Shown: positions 27,601 to 37,416, numbered from the stretch's first letter. The stretch: DNA of 64,000 bases from Saccostrea cucullata (GCF_032062105.1 NW_026917963.1:62001-126000), one strand, 5' to 3'. Numbers and translations: made by a program. Notes: generated by a model not told the origin, from the letters alone.

Positions 27601-28864
27601 ATTGAGTGATGGAGCTATGGTGCGATAGTACTTTCATGGAGCTATGGTGCGATAGTAGCAACGCATGTGACAACGGGTAACACAACGGTAATGCCACATG
27701 CGTGGATATTAGACGGTTCACCGACAGAAATGTAAATGTGAATATCGAAAACCTTTAATGTGACACGTTGGTTGACAATGGTTTTCCTTGGGGTGTCAAT
27801 TTCGACTGTTACCCTCGAAAACAGGCACCATTTATATAATGGCAATGATACCATTGCTCGCATCGTCCGTCATCACACCATCGTGTCATCGTCATCACAC
27901 CATCGTCATCGCATTATCATGCAATCACTTCATTTTTATTGCATCATTGCTTCATCATCATCACATTATCGTGTCATCGCATTATCAACACACACCTGGA
28001 CGGCGTGATGATGCGATAGTGAACTGCATGGCCCTATCCGGATTCCATAGGATTTGGCTTTTTTTCTTACGTGTTTAATGTTGTTTACACAAATATTAGT
28101 GATATTACATATGTTCTTTAAGTCTTATATCATTTGAAACCATAAGCACAAAAGACCGAAAAGGTGTTGTTTTTTTTTCAATAAAGACACTAGTGCAAAG
28201 AAATAGGGCTGTATCAATATATCGATATATCGATACGTATCGATATTCAAGAATCATATCGTATAAAAAAATAACTTCCAATACGTATCGGGCAGACATT
28301 TTTTCTTCAAATTCTGTTTAAAAGATGGGAATTTCAATCACCAAAGATTATATTTTACTTTTTTTAATTTAAACCTTCAATAATTATATAATTTCTAAGG
28401 AAATAACACAGTTTTAATAATTATTACAAAATACAAAAAGACATTTTTTCGAACATGTTGATTTTAATGTCATCAAAAGTTTTAACTGAAGTGTTATCTT
28501 TAAAGACAATGAGACAAGAACTGTAAAATGGGTAATAAAACACCTATTTGTTATGAAATGTATGCATTAAAATGATTTAGAAGCCTTTTCTGATGGAATT
28601 GTTTCAGAATCCAATATATTGCATATCGCTTTAAAAAATATTGTATCGTATCGTATCGAAATTTTTGGCTCAATACACAGCCCTACAAAGAAATAACTTT
28701 CTGAGACCGCAGACAACGTTTGGACTGCGCAACAGACACAGCTAGAGGATACTCCTGACTTCCGGAGGGGGGTAGATGATCCCAATCACAGGTTTTGCCA
28801 CAGCAAGCTCCTCCTCCGTCTTGCCTTGATTCTCCGCGGGTAAATTCATCGTTACTGGAGGCAT
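9431..28864 (-). CDS. SF3A1: Splicing factor 3A subunit 1 (SAP114/Prp21), 766 aa; exons 28864-28753, 26754-26590, 26477-26455, 26229-26096, 25658-25499, 25285-25223, 24365-24275, 24039-23968, 23600-23524, 22207-22103, 21818-21647, 21419-21318, 19654-19482, 14534-14392, 14092-13866, 13316-13111, 12624-12523, 10230-10159, 9532-9431
   Basis: IIYPPPEVRNIVDKTASFVARNGPEFE (SURP1), DVVKLTAQFVARNGRQFLT (SURP2), YAQIDWHDFVVVETV, SPITGEKIPASKVQEHMRIGLLDP, a Pro-rich region, and a C-terminal ubiquitin-like domain ending KERGGRKK*. The 19 exons sum to 2301 nt with all phases matching. Confidence 0.97.
9662..9858. mobile_element. Degenerate CTGTATACAGGG-type MITE in the last SF3A1 intron
   Basis: ctgtatacagggttattttggcc versus gggcgaaaatttccctgt; internal ttcgc/gcgaa repeats. 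Confidence 0.55.
10377..12068. mobile_element. hAT-like non-autonomous element, copy 1 (8-bp TSD CTTATCAT), carrying a nested LINE fragment
   Basis: cagggctc ... gagccctg termini; cttatcat on both sides; highly similar to 19832-20886. Confidence 0.92.
10628..11274 (-). mobile_element. 5'-truncated CR1/L2-group LINE (ORF2 C-terminus, 3' UTR and (ATT)n tail)
   Basis: LQKRAARVIL...LRWMPI...VFKVLHGLTPDYL...RRSFTIYGSQLWNNLP followed by aataaa and an ATT microsatellite tail. Absent from the sister copy at 19832-20886. Confidence 0.85.
13608..13815. mobile_element. Tc1/mariner-type MITE with TA TSD
   Basis: TA-ctgtatatcact ... agtgatttacag-TA. Confidence 0.8.
14596..15696 (+). mobile_element. Helentron-type non-autonomous element (HINE/CvA-like) carrying about six copies of a 146-bp satellite monomer
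   Basis: 5' aactagaactgtc...ataccccccgc; the core ccagtgaccttgaac recurs at 14702, 14848, 14994, 15140, 15284 and 15430; (ACAG/ACGG)n microsatellite at 15564-15648; 3' hairpin atacccgcccaaacttcgtttgcggggggtat. Confidence 0.88.
15927..16728. mobile_element. MITE with CAGGG...CCCTG termini and 5-bp TSD TCAGG
   Basis: cagggattgacattaac / gttaatgtctacccctg; tcagg on both flanks; subterminal gggcaagt/acttgccc repeats. Confidence 0.85.
16881..19433. mobile_element. hAT-like MITE (8-bp TSD ATTATATC) interrupted by a CACTA element
   Basis: cagtgtttgaaa / tttcaaccactg termini; attatatc at 16873-16880 and 19434-19441. Confidence 0.85.
16911..19133. mobile_element. Non-autonomous CACTA/EnSpm element, about 90-bp TIR, 3-bp TSD AGC
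   Basis: Begins CACTActaagtcaaaaacg and ends cgtttttgacttagTAGTG; agc on both flanks; subterminal actga.aaacttaga repeats; internal (CT)n at about 18617-18671. Confidence 0.92.
19832..20886. mobile_element. hAT-like non-autonomous element, copy 2 (8-bp TSD TTTCGAAA)
   Basis: cagggctt ... gagccctg; tttcgaaa on both flanks; colinear with 10377-12068 minus the LINE. Confidence 0.92.
21420..21646 (-). other. GC-AG intron (SF3A1 intron 11)
   Basis: Donor AAAG|GCAAGG and acceptor tttttcag|CG give YDPK-A. There is no GT before the in-frame stop. Confidence 0.85.
22314..23380. mobile_element. PIF/Harbinger-type MITE, TTA TSD
   Basis: TTA-ccccccgttcacaca ... tgtgtgaacgggggg-TTA; CpG-rich with many cgtag/ctacg repeats. 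Confidence 0.9.
24501..24932. mobile_element. MITE with 13-bp TIR, TSD not resolved
   Basis: tggttctcaggcc ... ggcctgagaacca. Confidence 0.65.
25321..25482. repeat. Two-copy tandem duplication of about 83 bp in SF3A1 intron 5
   Basis: tgacaat.attacacttgtacacataaacctga...agaaatgcaaaacttta.atgagaattcaa.aaaatgca occurs twice. Confidence 0.8.
26911..27370. mobile_element. MITE with about 45-bp TIR inside the U12 intron
   Basis: caggtccagt..aagactatttctacctacatagctattaata versus tattaatagctatgtaggtagaaatagtctt..actggacctg; TSD unclear. Confidence 0.8.
27533..28047. mobile_element. TA-TSD MITE with (CAT/CATCG)-rich interior
   Basis: TA-tggaatcaggatagggc...gcagttcactatcgca versus tgcgatagtgaactgca...gccctatccggattcca-TA. 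Confidence 0.85.
28204..28685. mobile_element. hAT-like MITE, 8-bp TSD CAAAGAAA
   Basis: tagggctgt ... acagcccta; caaagaaa on both flanks; subterminal tatcg/cgata repeats. Confidence 0.9.
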
Positions 28865-28904
28865 TTTTGCAGGATTCGTTTGGCTTTCGCCGCTTTGAAT
28901 CGCA

Positions 28905-28918
28905 TAAAATGGCTGCCA
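28905..28918. promoter_or_regulatory. YY1-like motif about 45 nt upstream of the SF3A1 ATG
   Basis: aaaatggctgcc in the short GC-richer patch just 5' of the start codon; motif match only. Confidence 0.4.
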
Positions 28919-29279
28919 AGGGCACACAACTCCGGACCAAAAATTATTTGCTAACTCGTATACACTGAATGATTCGTATTCACGAGTAATATTGAAACTA
29001 CGTTTATTTTCCTTATATAAATAATAAAATAAACAAATTTAATTTATTTTTCTCCTTTTAAATTTTCACCAGTCCCAATTGATTCCTACATACCATGTTT
29101 CTGACTTTTGCTGTTTAGAATACAGTTGACAAATCCCAATATTGTTTTCTTACTATTCAAAACTATTCTGCAGAAATGATGATGCATACAGCAAAATTTA
29201 TTTGATTGATGTGTAGGACATCCCTTTTAAACTATGTAGTGGGAGAGGACACATAGTCACATATGTAGAGGACTACAAT

Positions 29280-29354
29280 GTAGACCAGGTTTTGATCCGA
29301 GCCCCCTGAATCACGTCCAGATGTGCTCTACCGACTGAACTACTGTATCCGGCC
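29280..29354 (-). mobile_element. Degenerate tRNA-derived SINE head
   Basis: The reverse strand reads ggccggatac-agtagttcagtcggtagagcac (A-box-like) ... ggatcaaaacc (decayed B-box); no intact cloverleaf. Confidence 0.5.
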
Positions 29355-30554
29355 ACCAGCGAGCGAATCCCACTGGCCATTACATGTGATTTCATCATTA
29401 ATTACAAATATAAGCTCTTAATTTAAAATGGAATTGCATGTACAGAAATACACAATCATGGGAAATATTAGCCATTGTAAATTAAAGAGTCTTTCTGACC
29501 TGGAAGACTGTGCAGTGTGATAATGATTTATTGGGGTAAATATGAAAAAAAAAAATCAGTTTAATACAGTAAAACTCAATTGTCCTGGACACTTCCTCAT
29601 AAATCCTTAGTTTTACTTTTTCTAATCCATTGGTTGTGTAATGACTGCTTCCTCAGCTAAAGTCAAAAGTATCGCACTGTGAGCCTCTAGCATGCTGGAG
29701 AAGTGTAGTAATGACATAAATAGAAACTGAATTTTTGTCTAGGCCATCATTAAAAAATTGTTTGTTTGGAAAAGGGTTTCTAGAAATTAATTTTTTTTTT
29801 TTAAATTGAAGATAAATTTTAAATTTTTGATTAAAATCTTAGTAAACAGTAAATAAACTTTTTAAAAAAGTATCTACCATTAACAGAAAAACCTTAAATT
29901 TTACATAGAGTTGTATTTCAACATATATAACTGGAAACAATTTATTAAATAAAAAAAAAACAATAAAATTTTTTGAATTTCTGAGGCGGGAGGCAATTCC
30001 AAACAAACAATGACCAGTTTAAACATATATTGGCATTTTTTAAATTTTAATTCTAGTTCTCCCTATACATGTTAAAAAAAAATTATACAAAAAATGGCTG
30101 TCAAATACAGGAAAATATGTGTATCAAATGATGAAAAATAAAATCCTCAACAAAATTATCATGCAAGTCTGATCCATCACTTTGCACTGGATCATAGTGA
30201 AAAATATTGCTTTGTCCAAATGGACATGAACTCAAAACACAATTATTTGCAACATAAGTACAAGTATAATTTACAATCTTCATCATCGGGGTCATTGCAA
30301 TACTTTCTCCATTGACATTTGGTAACTTTCTTGAGTCTGAAAACAACTGTCAGTGAATACTTTTTCGGTCTAAACAGCTAAAACAATAATTGTCCATAGT
30401 CAAACTATCTTCATTAATTGTCAAAGTCACCCAGATCAACACTGGAATTTTTTGTAACCAAAAAATATGACACTATTGTTCAACGCAACACTTTGTCCAT
30501 GTACATTCTGTGTCATTCCAGAGTCTGCTATTAACACCAGTGTTAAATTATTTT

Positions 30555-33500
30555 TCAATCTAACACAATAACCTTGCTGGTTGTCAAATCTTCATGATCG
30601 TCTAAATCACACAGATCAATCACAATGTCTGTTCCCAAAAATGTGGCCTCTTTCTTCACTTTCACATTCTCAACTGAAGAACCACTGCTCTGAGACATCA
30701 CTTCCACATCTTCCTTAACCCTATCTGAAATTCCCGGATCATTATTCCCATCCAGTGTCACAATGTTTGAATCCACAATTATTTTTTCTTCACCGGTCTC
30801 TTTTCCGTTACTTCCTTGTGAGTCGTAAGCTGTTCCGGCAAGTCCTTGAGATAAATCAACACTCTGTCCTCCCAGATCCCTCCCTTGACTGTGGCGGAGA
30901 TGTGAGGGGTAGGGAATAGGGACCACCGCTATACCCATGTCCCTCAGGTCCTGAGCAGTGACGTATTTGATGGAGAGTTTACTTCGGAGGGAATGAAGAT
31001 CCCAGTAGTCTGTGGAACGATATGCGTTCTTGAGCTGCAAGACACGGCCTGCCTTTGTAGTGGTCATCAGGTACTTGCCTAAAAGAAGAACAAGGAATTG
31101 GATAAAACAACCTTAAAAATATTTCTTTTCTAATATCCAAGTTAATGGTTTAAACTTTGCTTTCTTAAATTAGAACATATATCTTTAATCACATGTAATA
31201 ATGGTAATACATGTAACTAGGAATCCCATCTCTGTAAATTACAATTGATTATCTGAATCAGCAGATCAAATGTAATCATGGTAATAGAAAAATTTCTATT
31301 TCAGTTGCAATATCTATCTAGACACAACTGATATCCTCTCAATAATGTTACATGTAATACATGTAAAACACATACAAATGGGATCAACTGTTAGTTTACC
31401 AGCCATCATAAATGTGTGATCTGTGTGTTCTTTTGCATCTTTGCAGTGAGTATTCTATAAAACAAATTTTTTTCTCTAACCTTGTGTGATTCTCATGCTG
31501 TCCTTTTTGGAGCCGGAGGTAAAGTCCAGTTTGCGATTTCTGACTGATGTCTTTGTTGTCTTTAAGGTGGCATCCCAACACTCCACATCGATCCACCCCA
31601 CACGATCTGGTGATGGAGCCTCAGACTAATTAAGGCAAAAGTATTAATTAAAAGTAATGAATTAAGATATTATAAATCATATAAATATATAACCAATTAC
31701 CTGTAAATAAACACTTAAATCATATTAAAATATTTAGAAAATATTAAAAACTTTTCTTAAATAAATCAATCATTGTCATTGGGCCATTTTAAACAAGTTG
31801 TTAATTTTCCCTCGCCCAACCAAGTGCCTAAAAAATTGCTTTTTCGACCTCCTAGAAACGATTTTTTTTCTTTTTATTCCTGGATTTTCTCATCCAGTCA
31901 ATAAGTTTGTTTCAATTTTTTTTAGAAAAAAAATTCCCCCACCTACAAAGCAACCCTATCTTTTTTTTAGCCTTAGTTAGGAGAGGGCACACAAACTTTA
32001 TTTTACAGATGGCCTTACCAGTAATTGCCTATCTAACAAACCTGTGATTGCTTTAGACTGGGCATTGAGAATAAAAATTCTTTCACCATAATTCCATCTC
32101 GAAAGCCTTTAATAAGCCTGCATGGAATAAAAAGTTAATCATCATTCTTGAAACCTTGAATGTTTATAACATGTATAAAAAGATGTAGAATGTGAAATAT
32201 TCATTTCATCTTTGCCTTTCTATGCTTCCTATATAGCGTCCTCTTTACACAAAATCTCAATGAATTCAGAACCAAAATTTTAGACGAAGAGTATTTCAGT
32301 GAAATTGAATCCAAATAGTGATAAGGATTTTGAAGAACAAAAAAATCGGGCTCTGTTTCTTAAAGAAGCTTACTTATTCTCTCCCTGTTGAATGCTCCGT
32401 GACGTAACTTTCTGTCCGTCAATGAACACCCTGTAGTAGAAATGATGGTAAGATCTGTGTCCTGGTTTTGCTGATATACAAATGGAAAATGGTGTCACTG
32501 GCTGTTCCTGAAGTATAGAAAAATTCCTCTTGTTAAATGCAGTGCACAGGTCTGAGGCATGCATGTTTACTTTACATCAGTTCTTTTTTTCATCCAACAA
32601 ATACCCATTTTCTAATAATTTAGGTGGGCAGCCCGGCACAGAATCTGGCAAAAACTATTTTATACTATAATTTCGAGCGCAGCGAGCGTCGCGAGCGTCG
32701 TGAAGCGACACTTTTTAACGACATCAAAAAGTTGCTGCACATTTTATACAACAGTAATTTTGACCCACAATGCATCACTTCGTACACAAACGCTAAAGCC
32801 ACGTTCTTGCGAGAATAATGACAAAAGTAAAATGAAAAATAAACTTGCCTTGATTTAATGAATTTATCTGTTTTTGCAAAAAAATAGTCATAAACTGATT
32901 GAAATCAGATTGAAATCAGCCCTGTTCAGGCTTTAGTTTGGTAAAGCAACACGCAAACGACGCCGTGTGACGTCAGAGTCTTATACGCACCGAATGTCAC
33001 ATGCGATTTGACGAGTCAGATCTAAATAAAAACTGGATAAGTATCTGCGCTCGCCCTAACCGATGCACCGTCAACATGTACATGTAGTACACTAATGCAG
33101 AATAATAATTTGTTGGTGTCGGGAAGCAATGTTGATAGATTTCATGGGTCACACATACCCACAAATTTACATCCCCAGAAACATTTGTTAACTGTGATTC
33201 ATTGAAACTACGATAAAAACAAGTAAAGGCAAACCCATGAAATTACGAATCCATGAACAAATAAAATTTTGCTTGACTATGAACATTGATCCCCGAGAAT
33301 TAAAATTATTCCATAGTATATGAATACTTATGGCATGACGCTGTGTATGTGGATTTTTCACAGATTCATCATTGTCACAAAGATCATGTATCACATAGAT
33401 TATTTTTAAGTTTAATTTTAAGCAAAGAAGAAAAATTCAAATGCAGCAAGTGTCTATATTTTTTCTCAGTTATAAATTTAACCCTTTTCTCACCTGAGTT

Positions 33501-33655
33501 TCTATTTCATCTCCAACCCTTTCCTCTGTTTTCTGTTTAAAGCTGAAGGGGGAGAAGAAATCACACTCTACATAACACACCCCACCACGGACGTATTCCG
33601 GTAGGACTGTGTCACCCACCAAAATACTCACAGAGAAATCCTCATTGGATGGCAT
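30555..33655 (-). CDS. Uncharacterised 346-aa protein: beta-rich N-terminal domain resembling fungal DUF7918-type proteins and an acidic tail with SIM-like motifs; exons 33655-33494, 32507-32374, 32117-32042, 31625-31481, 31078-30555 (probable 5' UTR exon with its donor near 33835)
   Basis: Five GT-AG exons with matching phases sum to 1041 nt, ATG to TGA without internal stops. Motifs LPEY, CYVE, FSI, VFIDG, EFLFS, VGWIDVECW, IKYVTAQDLRDMGI, VKKE, IVIDL, VIVLD. The gene model is well supported; the family call is tentative. Confidence 0.8.
32674..33080 (+). mobile_element. Helentron-like non-autonomous element with the same end structure as 36251-36709
   Basis: Starts cgagcgcagcgagcgtcgcg and ends ctgcgctcgccctaaccgatgcaccgtcaacat; the ends match the reverse complement of the insertion in the 5' LTR. 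Confidence 0.65.
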
Positions 33656-34609
33656 GCTGATAAATCATAAAAAGTGATTTCACATCTTATGATCTTTTTT
33701 AGGAATTTACCTAAAAAATAAAAGGAAAAAAATCACGAGGAGAAATCTCTCTTTCACCCCTCCAGGTATGAATAACTTAAACAGTCTCGTTAAATACAGA
33801 TTCTTAAAGTAACTAAAATTAAAAACCATACTCACATTCTCCAACAAATACCGTCCGAATTTCCTACAATTTTTTTCATTTGTTGTAGTCAATTCGGTCT
33901 TGAAAGTATTCGAGATAGTTGCAAGTTCATGTATTATCAAAGGCGTACTTTAATAATAATAATAATAATATCGATTTGAACATTAAACATAAGTAATTTA
34001 TTGATTATTCCACTTAATTATATAGTTGCTCTTGTTAAAAATCTTTTTTATACAGGGAGTGGGATGAGGTAAAAATTTTACCCACTGAATCACAAGTTTA
34101 AAATTATACTTATGAATATATCAAGATAACAATTATAAATAAAGTATAATATTGTAGATGTTTTCTCATTTCAAACTGGTGATAAAATGAAATTTCCGTT
34201 TTGTCATATTATTGTATGCACCCCCCTCCCCCGAATCCACAAGCACTAATTGTTTAACCCATAGTATAACATGTATATAACTTTAAAAAAAAAAAAGGTT
34301 TGTGTAATATTTGCAACACAGGGGAGATTGATGATGGATTTCATTTCCTATTCAGTAGGTTAACATTTAAAATTTAACTTTGAATTTGATGAATTTTTTT
34401 CCAGGAAAATTTTCAAATATGTCCTATAAATACTAAAAAAAATTAAATAAACGTACTTTGCTTTAAATAGTTTTATATTAACCTGTGCCCTGAAATTCTA
34501 ATTGCATATGCATTGCACAATTATTGTCCAAATGATTGTATAATTTTTGTATAACCTCACATTCTTTTCTAAAATATTGTTTAAATGCATGAACAATTGA
34601 TGCTTCTTA

Positions 34610-34882
34610 CAGCGGCGGATCCAGAATTTCAAAACGGGAGGGCGCAGTAGAAGGTAAGGCTGCATGGAAGCCCTTGTGGGTCCTGTGGGTCCTGTGGGTC
34701 CTGTGGGTCCAGGGCAAAGTCTTAGTGGAGGTCTGGAGGCAAAGCTCTTGGAAAATGAGGAAATTCTAATGAATTATAGGTGTTTCTTCCTTCGATTTTA
34801 GGATAGTACAAATAAAATTTCAAAAAAGAAATTCAAACGGAAAGGGGGGGGGGCGCACGCGCCGGCCCTGGATCCGCCTTTG
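34610..34882. mobile_element. MITE with 5-bp TSD TCTTA
   Basis: cagcggcggatccag ... ctggatccgcctttg; tctta on both flanks; internal (tgtgggtcc)x4. Confidence 0.85.
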
Positions 34883-36250
34883 TCTTATATATATGTTACA
34901 TATGCCTTTGACAATACTAGTAATATTGTATTTTGTTTGTGCAAATATAAAAAATTCATATTTGAATTAATTATAATACTATGGGTTTATAATAATTTAT
35001 AACTGAAAGTGCATGTGTCCCGACCCCGTGAAACAACAAAAACTTTATAAGAATTCAAATCAAACATGTACCATTTTTCATGTACACGGTAAGGTGTTGA
35101 AAATAGAATTTATTTTCCGTTTTTCATTAGTTTAAAGTGTTTTACCAACATTAAAGAGTTATCCCTCTTTGCTTTCTCATAAGATTTTGTCTTGGATTAG
35201 TCGTCAGAAAAAAATTTAGCAGTTTTTCAAAGGTGTTATATTTCATGATATCACGAAATATCTAAGTGCGTAAACTACATTAATTAATCAGATGCCGCGA
35301 AAATTTGAACTCCCCCTGTCCCCCCGGCTGTGTAAAATAAAAAAAAAACGCCCTCCGAGAAAAGATGGTGTGAGCCATAAATTCCTTGATAACCTTAACA
35401 CAATGTTCATCATAAGCTCACGAAACAAACACACGAACCTTTCCTAATATTGAAAGAGTCAGTTTCATGTATATGAAGCAAATTGCCCCCCCCCCCCCCT
35501 TCTCTCTAACGATGACTTATATAACTTCAATTCAATCCAATTCATTTACTGACAACACCATTGTTGTGGAAAGAATAGAAATGCGTCTTGATCGTATAGT
35601 GGTTTATTTAGACTCTGTTATTAGAGAGGTTTAGTTACAAGTGACGTAACAACGTGTACGCGTAACATTGACGTACACGTTCTATTTGACGTCAACGTCA
35701 ATATATGATTTAGTTATACGTACACTTGTACGTATGCAAATTTCGTGATTGAACAATAAATTAATTGAACGCATTGTATTTATTATATTTAATTTAGACA
35801 AATCAATGGTGAAATGGAATTTATACTTACTTTAGTCATAGATATCATAAACAATGATCAATTATTATATGTTTTGTCATCTCAATGCAGTGAATCGCTC
35901 TAAATATTGTTACGTTTCACGAAGTGTACCTGTGAAATTCGGGTTAACTCTTGTTTACAAGTTCGGAATAAATGGACCCTGAACCCGATGTTTATAAACT
36001 ACGTACATATTTGTCAATGAACAGTTAACGAAGGAAATGAACACTAATTGATTTAATATGACTTTATTAACTTAACTTGTATAATTTAAAGACAAAGTGA
36101 TGTATTTTGTATGTTTTATATGGGTACAACGTTATTATTTTATGAGGTATTTTTGATAGTCAAAACCCGCTAACTTATTGATTGTATTGATTGTGACGTA
36201 ATATAGGTATCTGATTGTCTCTTACGTCATCATAACAACTTTTGTCTATA

Positions 36251-36709
36251 ATATGTTTTACGGTGTGACCGTTGGGGCGAGCGCAGTTGTACCATCAAAA
36301 ACACTTGAGATCAGCCACTTCGAACGTCAAGCCGCACGAGATATCTCGACTAGCTGTGACGTCATACGACGTCACAAAGCTCGTCGGAGCTTACGGAGAC
36401 AGCCGAGCGTCTGTTTGAAACTATAGAACAAGTGCATTTTTTGTCGAAAAACATTGCAGAGTTATTTCTTGTTTCTTTGAAAGATTTCTACAAACTGAAA
36501 GTCTGATATATGCTTTACGTCATTATTTATTTATTTATTCGGCAATATTCGCGCAAAGGACATTGGGTAGTGCAGGAATTCTGGGAATGTTGCACAGAGA
36601 AATTTGGCTGACGTATGTACAGATTTCAATCCGAATTTCCTCTGTTCTTACACGTTAGTCTATTGAGCTCGCTTCGCGAGCGTCGCTTCGCGACGCTCGC
36701 TGCGCTCGC
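36251..36709 (-). mobile_element. Helentron-like element inserted into the TATA box of the 5' LTR
   Basis: Absent from the 3' LTR (gtctatataaacc); TA duplicated; asymmetric inverted repeat gcgagcgcag (36277-36286) / ctgcgctcgc (36700-36709) plus a small hairpin acggt-gtg-accgt. Confidence 0.8.
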
Positions 36710-37056
36710 TATAAACCAGCTGTTTTGGGTTTAGACTTCAGTCGGCTGTGGGGAGCGACTCGGAGCACACAGCCTTCCCTGGTAAGGGAAAAGTGACCTA
36801 AGTCACTTTGGGGAACGACTCCGTATACTTCGGTTATAAGTCGGTACCAAGTCTATGTATACGAAACCATTAAGGGGACCAAGATAGTAGGAACGTCCTG
36901 TATTGACCATCGGTTGGTCACCTTTTTCTTAACCAAATAACGTTGTACCAACCAAGTTACAGTGTACCATTTTGTGTGTTTATAAATGAACCATTTGATC
37001 GTCTTAATAAATGTTATAAACTTTAAACAAATGTTATTCCTAACAAACATTATTTA

Positions 37057-37280
37057 AAGTGACCAAAAATTGGTCATTACGTCAACCAAAGAAGTGACCA
37101 AAAATTGGTCATTACGTCAACCAAAGAAGTGACCAAAAATTGGTCATTACGTCAACCAAACAAGTGACCAAAAATTGGTCATAACGTCAACCAAACAAGT
37201 GACCAAAAGTTGGTAATTCTGTTAACCAATTATAAGTGACCAAAAATTGGTAATTCCATTAAACAATTTAGTGACCAAAA
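37057..37280 (+). repeat. 35-bp tandem repeat in the LTR (4 full units in the 5' LTR, 5 in the 3' LTR at 40585-40760)
   Basis: Unit aagtgaccaaaaattggtcattacgtcaaccaaa(g/c), followed by decayed units. Confidence 0.9.
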
Positions 37281-37398
37281 TTGCTCATTAACCATTACAT
37301 AAATTGTGACCAACGGAACCATCAAATCTCGACCAAGTGACCAGAAAACTAATAGCGGCCCACGAGTTTATTACACGATACCCTCGGTCTCGTTACAT

Positions 37399-37416
37399 TG
37401 GTGGCAGCGGTGGGAT
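37399..37416 (+). promoter_or_regulatory. Primer binding site complementary to the tRNA-Leu 3' end
   Basis: tggtggcagcggtgggat, 1 nt after the LTR, is complementary to ...AUCCCACCGCUGCCACCA. Confidence 0.88.

Larger units (their letters stand above)
26755..28752 (-). other. U12-type (minor spliceosome) GT-AG intron, SF3A1 intron 1
   Basis: Donor GTATCCTC; the 3' end ttttctttagcatacaaatag has a U12-like branch sequence close to the AG and no polypyrimidine tract. Confidence 0.8.

Noticed and set aside
29280-29354. tRNA gene
   Set aside because: The stems do not pair and the B-box is decayed; it is better explained as a SINE remnant.
31626-31640. U12 branch-like GCCTTAAT at an acceptor of the unknown gene
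   Set aside because: The matching donor is GTTTGT, not GTATCC, and the motif is too close to the AG.
37057-37280. Palindromic 35-bp repeats as a CRISPR array
   Set aside because: The units are head-to-tail with no unique spacers, lie within a eukaryotic LTR, and no cas genes are present.
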